The position numbers and the translations under genes are program-made. A DNA stretch of 64,000 bases from Eledone cirrhosa (lineage: Eukaryota): positions 4,588,001 through 4,652,000 of the forward strand of contig OZ024758.1 of the NCBI GenBank assembly GCA_964016885.1, written 5' to 3'. Positions 58,581 through 64,000 of the stretch are shown piece by piece. Within the stretch, counting starts at the first letter, position 1. The number at the start of each line of letters is the position of its first letter. The notes beneath the pieces are model-generated. The model saw only the letters and a list, made by a program, of their open reading frames with translations. It was not told the origin of the DNA and did no database searches.

Positions 58581-58899
58581 GTATATATATATATATATAC
58601 CTTATGCTGCTTTGTTTTGTATTGTTTATATAGCAAACCGTATCAAATATGAAAAAACTAATGATCCTACACTATGAAATATCGTCAATATTGTCGCTGA
58701 AACACAGTTCCTTATCACTAGACCTTTCCTGTAAACCTCACTGAACCTCACTGACAAGGTGTCCATATTCACTTCGCCTGATAAGGAAACCAAGGCTCTA
58801 TATCGTTTTCTGATCCCATATTAAATGGAAGGTCAGCGCAGTTAGTAAATTAATGTTGTTAATGATAACATCGAGCTTTCGAATACCAGTTGTTAGTGA

Positions 58900-58900
<1 letters not shown>

Positions 58901-58931
<31 letters not shown>

Positions 58932-59660
58932 CATATATATTATATATATCATATATATATATCATATATTATATATATCATATATATATATCATATATTA
59001 TATATATCATATATATATATCATATATTATATATATCATATATTATATATATCATATATATATATATATATCATATATATATATATATATCATATATATA
59101 TATTATATATATATAATATATGATATATATATATATAATATATGATATATATATATATAATATATGATATATCATATATATATATATATATATCATATAT
59201 CATATATGATATATAATATATATATATGATATATAATATATATATATGATATATAATATAATATATATATATATGATATATAATATATGATATATATATA
59301 TATGATATATAATATATGATATATATATATATGATATATAATATATGATATATGATATATGATATATATGATATATGATATATATGATATATATATATGA
59401 TATTTATATATATATATATGATATATGAGATATATATATATATATGATATATGATATATATATATGATATGATATATATATATGATATATATACATATAT
59501 ATATATGATATCATATATGATATATATATATATGATATATATACATATATATATATGATATCATATATATGATATATATATATATGATATATATACATAT
59601 ATATACATATGATATATATACATATATATACATATATGATATGGTTATATATATATACAT
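58901..59660. repeat. (TA)n array with TCA / TGA interruptions
   Basis: Direct reading; interruption polarity switches from TCA to TGA around 59100-59200. Confidence 0.9.
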
Positions 59661-60134
59661 AGACAAGGATTGCGTGTGTGTGTGCGTGTGTGTGTATATA
59701 TATATATATAATTATATACATACACACAATCACATAGACGTACGTAAACACACACATCACACAAACTCTCTCTCGCATAGACACAGACACATAAAAACAC
59801 AAACACACACGAAAATACGCACACACATACACACAACACACGTTTGTGTGTGTGTGTGCGTTAGGATAACAAATGGTAATAAACTACAAGCATGACCCTG
59901 AGATATCATGTGAGAATTATGTGAGTACACATCCATTGGTTGGTGGAATGACTGCATAATTTACAGCTGGAGGAAAACAAGTTAACATGCAGGAATTGCT
60001 TCCCATGGTAATTCCTTCGAAATATAATCGATACAAACGTATAGGCAGTCTGATTGATCCCTGAACACATAAAATGTTACACACTGTGCTTGCATATTTA
60101 CACGACCACACGAAAACAGGCAGACATCTATATA

Positions 60135-60170
<36 letters not shown>

Positions 60171-60172
<2 letters not shown>

Positions 60173-60184
60173 ACACCTCCTTCG

Positions 60185-60216
<32 letters not shown>

Positions 60217-60374
60217 CGAAGGAAGTGTGGTAAGGAACCAGATGGACCATAACGCACCAATTTACTCAATACTTAGGGTAGTAGAGTGGGTAATAGAAAA
60301 CTGTTTGACACCGATGACAGAGCTCAAGCCGTTTCGACGGTTTGAGCTCTGCCGTCGCGGTCAAACAGTTTCCT
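60171..60374. mobile_element. Family B: + terminus stub (60171-60186), then minus-strand element 60215-60374 with palindrome 60293-60376
   Basis: 60215-60295 is the reverse complement of the 8843-8923 terminus; GAGCTCAAGCCGT-TTCG-ACGGTTTGAGCTC at the centre. Confidence 0.75.
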
Positions 60375-60489
60375 ATATATATATATATATATACACACAC
60401 ATACACATATATGCATATATATATATATATATATATATACATACATACACATATATGCATATATATATATATACATACATACACATATA

Positions 60490-60527
<38 letters not shown>

Positions 60528-60569
60528 CACATATATGCATATATATATATATATATACATACACATATA

Positions 60570-60610
<41 letters not shown>

Positions 60611-60742
60611 ACACATATATATGCTGTGCGAAACTGAAGGGAAGCAAGACTCACTATTTAGCCTTAATAAAATGAATATTAACGCTCTACTTCGGTATCG
60701 AGTACTCTTCTCACTCAGCCAGCCATCAATCACATACGAATA

Positions 60743-60792
<50 letters not shown>

Positions 60793-60812
60793 TACGAATG
60801 TGTGTGTGTGTG

Positions 60813-60855
<43 letters not shown>

Positions 60856-60939
60856 CGAAATAATAAATAAACAAACGTAGGAGTAAATGCTACATGGAGA
60901 GAGAGAGAGAGACAGAGAGACAGAGAGAGAAAGAGAGAA

Positions 60940-60980
<41 letters not shown>

Positions 60981-60984
60981 TGTT

Positions 60985-61174
60985 TATCCCGGGTTCAATT
61001 GGGGTAACCACTGTAAGTAAGGTACTCAATACATAGCAGAATATAATATAAATATTTAATATAGAAATGGCTTCTACAGGCCTAGAACTGTTTCATTTGA
61101 AAGAAATCATCAGGCTTTCCTAACGATTTCCTTCGAATGAAACAGTTCTTGTCCTTTAGAAGCCATTTCCATAT

Positions 61175-61180
<6 letters not shown>
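60985..61180. mobile_element. Family A element, palindrome 61053-61180 with two hammerhead cores
   Basis: Minus arm CTGATGA-TTTCTTTCAAAT-GAAA-CAG..CTG-TA-GAAGCC; plus arm GGCTTTC-CTAACGA-TTTCCTTCGAAT-GAAACAG; centre AGG-CTTT-CCT. Confidence 0.75.
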
Positions 61181-61215
<35 letters not shown>

Positions 61216-62134
61216 ATGTATGTTTGTATGAATGTATATGTGTGGGGGAGTATGTATATGTGGGTGGGGGTACGTGGTGTGTGTGTGTGTGTCTGTGCGT
61301 GTGTGTGTATTGTGTCCTTGGTCCAATCATTATCTTTCTTTTTTATAGAGATATATAAACATAAAATATAATTCTCAGCTTGTATACTGCTTTACATTCA
61401 TGTATGATGTCCTCATATATTTCCTGCGTATGTATGGAGGCCTGTACAAGTATTGTCTTTACATTTGTATCTATGTATATATGTATGTTTGCTTCGGAGA
61501 GAGAGAGCGTGAGGGTTAGGGTGAGAGAGAGGTTGGCAAGCGAGTAAGTATATATATATTTACACATAGATGATCAAATGTTGGCACAGAATCAGAGCCG
61601 ATAGTCATAACTATAGATCTGACATGGTTAAGGATCAGTCCAATATCTCCAATTCTAAACACAATCAGTCCATCACTTATATAACTTACGATTATTTTAT
61701 TGTTAGGAGGTAATTAACGATGTCTACACGAAATTAACATTGGAAACTCGTCCGATATTCCGGTAAAGTTTCCTTCATCAAATTTGTCTAAATTGCATTA
61801 TCACTTTTTTCCCCATAGAATCAGGCTAATTATATTTTCATTTTTACACTTCAAAGGATTATTTTATTGTTAATGTGTTAGTCAATATTTCAATGGCTTT
61901 ATAAACATAGAGAAACATGTTTGATTCATTATTAACACTGACAGAAACATAACTACTCTGCTAAGTAACCAACAGACGTTGGTGTTAAATTTATATACTT
62001 TCCATGATAGATATAAGGCAACGACTAACAAATCGTTACACATTCACACTTGCCTAATATGTCAGCAGCCATACACGCATGTATGTAATGACCTAAATAT
62101 ATGTATATATATATAACATATATATATAATATAT

Positions 62135-62370
62135 AGTAATAATAATAAATTTGAAGACTAAAATCCAAAGAGGGCTCGATAAGGATAAATATATATCAAA
62201 TATATAAGAACCGTAGAGCAAATATTTATTAAAATAACAGATTAAAGTTTAAGCAAAGAATCGCTGCTTTCATCTTTAACAGGGTCTTCTGAAACTGTTT
62301 CAGAAGATCCCGTTAAGGGTGAAAGCAGCGATTCTTTGCTTAAACTTTAATCTGTTATTTTAATAAATAT
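62135..62370. mobile_element. Family C element, palindrome 62222-62370 with two hammerhead-like cores
   Basis: 74 bp arms around T62296; plus arm GTTT-CAGAAGA(62301-62307)-TCCC gttaa GGGT-GAAA-GCA..TGC-TT-AAAC; left arm extends to the terminus at 62135. Confidence 0.8.
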
Positions 62371-63034
62371 AATATATATATATATCTATAATATATATAT
62401 ATATGTATAAATATATATGTGTATATATATATGTAAATATATATGTATCTATGTATATACATATATATATATATATACATAGGAAAAGAGTCAGTGGTTT
62501 CTTAGCAAACTTTCTTTGTTATGTATGTATGTATGTATGTATGTATGTATGTATGTATGTATGTATGTATGTATGTATGTATGTATGTGTGTTTTCGTGC
62601 GTGTGTGTTTACCTGTGTGTGTGTTTACCTGTGTGTGTGTGAGTGTGTGTAGGAGTGTATATATACATGTATGTGTGTGCTGTAACTTCCAGAATACGAG
62701 GAAAGCGGTAACAGACTTCTTTGACATACATCTGCATGTATCTCACGTAACAAAATGGAGTAATGCTCTTACATATTAAATGATTCTTCTGTTGTTAGAA
62801 CTGCCACACGTACAAATATCTTGGACATTGTCCAAAAGAAGATATTCGCTTAATTAACAAAGACTCACTCGCCAACACAACACCTAATCTCTCGCCTAGA
62901 GGGCTTTAGTATTATCATTGTCTATCTACCATAATGGCTTACTTTTTGTTGATGTTGTTTTAGTTCTTTCTTTGAACTTACGAGTTGCATATTTTCTTAT
63001 TTTCTCTTCACCCATACTATATCTAAGCAGTACA

Positions 63035-63345
63035 TCTGCTGCCACATTATACAATATTGAAGCTCCTTTCTTCTCAGGACATTATCTCTGTATATATCAC
63101 TATACCTGCCATTTTTACCCGCAGACAGCAGCATCAAAATGAACAATAACCATTTCAGTCTCGGCATAGCTGCCACATTATACAATATTATATTAAAGAT
63201 TCTTTCTTCTCAGGGAATCATCTCGGCAATGCTGCCACATTATACAAAATTCAAGACCCATTCTTCTCAGGACATCATCTCTCTAGATATCGCTATAATA
63301 GCCATATTTTCCCCGCAGAAAACAGCATCAAACTGAACAATAATC
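63035..63345. repeat. Degenerate tandem duplication
   Basis: GCTGCCACATTATACAA three times; TTCTCAGG(A/G) three times; CCGCAGA..CAGCATCAAA.TGAACAATAA twice. Confidence 0.75.
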
Positions 63346-63629
63346 ATGTCAAACTTGGCAGCCTTGAAGAATCGTTGATTGTCATAAGCTCTGCTTATTC
63401 GACGAGATTGAACCATATACATTTTTTCACTCGTTTCTTTTTTATCCCTTTGAATTGAAGTTTACCGTTTCTACAGCTAGAGGAAGTGAATTTTCGGTTT
63501 CCTGCTGTGAGCAGCTGGGATCTGGAAGGTCGATGGTTTCATTTAGTAGGTTGATGGTTTCATCCATATATACAGGAATTGCAAACACAAGGTTCTAAAC
63601 ACTTCGCTAAGTACAGCCCTCTAACTCCT

Positions 63630-63800
63630 TACAGACAACTGACGCTGCACACCAGATCCGAACACGGAAGAGCCGAACTCCCACTATCATCGCCTCCAAT
63701 TATCTCGCCCTCCCCAGCTCTTTGTATTATGCGCAAGTGGGGTCCCACGTGCTGGCCGCCCCACCACCCCGGCGGACAGAATAGCGAAGGTATTTCGGTG
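63630..63800. repeat. GC-rich dispersed repeat, paralog of 36220-36425
   Basis: Shared blocks as noted for 36220. Confidence 0.55.
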
Positions 63801-63863
63801 TTTTTTGCATGTATATATGAACATATGAAATCATGCATGTATTAATTTCTATTCTTATTAATA

Positions 63864-64000
63864 ACTGCATTGTTTCTTTCTGAACTCCCTCCTGTTGAAC
63901 ATCATCTGGTTTGCCAGCACTGTGGTCGAGTGTGCCTGAGCAAAGCTGGTTTGATTAGACACGAAGAAAGTCATATCAGTAGACCTCATTTAGATTATGA
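63864..64000 (+). mobile_element. Single C2H2-like zinc finger, probably the C-terminus of an RTE-type LINE ORF
   Basis: VCQHCGRVCLSKAGLIRHEESH fits C..CGR.C.S..GL..H...H; frame is open to the window edge; a host exon is not excluded. Confidence 0.55.

Noticed and set aside
58600-58900. TA-bounded island with CTGATAAGGAA and an inverted TTCCTTATCA
   Set aside because: No hammerhead fold could be built and no second copy in the window
59917-60111. Short open frames after a possible minus-strand acceptor
   Set aside because: No recognisable protein and no clear donor; unsupported as an exon

Overview
AT-rich, repeat-dense eukaryotic DNA with no intact protein-coding gene that I can support. 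The SINE types, C2H2 remnant and microsatellite load suggest a mollusc, probably an octopus (inference). Nearly all long ORFs in the track are microsatellite artefacts. Ordinary content: about 18 copies of one tRNA-derived SINE, a second SINE family, decayed RTE-type and other LINE pieces, a mariner transposase fossil, Tigger-like and hAT-like MITEs, and minisatellites. The notable signal is at least five sequence-unrelated families of short elements sitting inside (TA)n tracts. They carry type I hammerhead ribozyme (HHR) folds or half-folds, often as tail-to-tail palindromes centred at or beside the ribozyme. This fits truncated pseudo-LTR ends of microsatellite-targeting Penelope-like retroelements. 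Three families share a non-canonical U.U at positions 10.1/11.1, one also has a CAGAAGA core in all copies, and a short YGAGT-like motif recurs near the 3' ends. Folds were paired by eye and boundaries are approximate.
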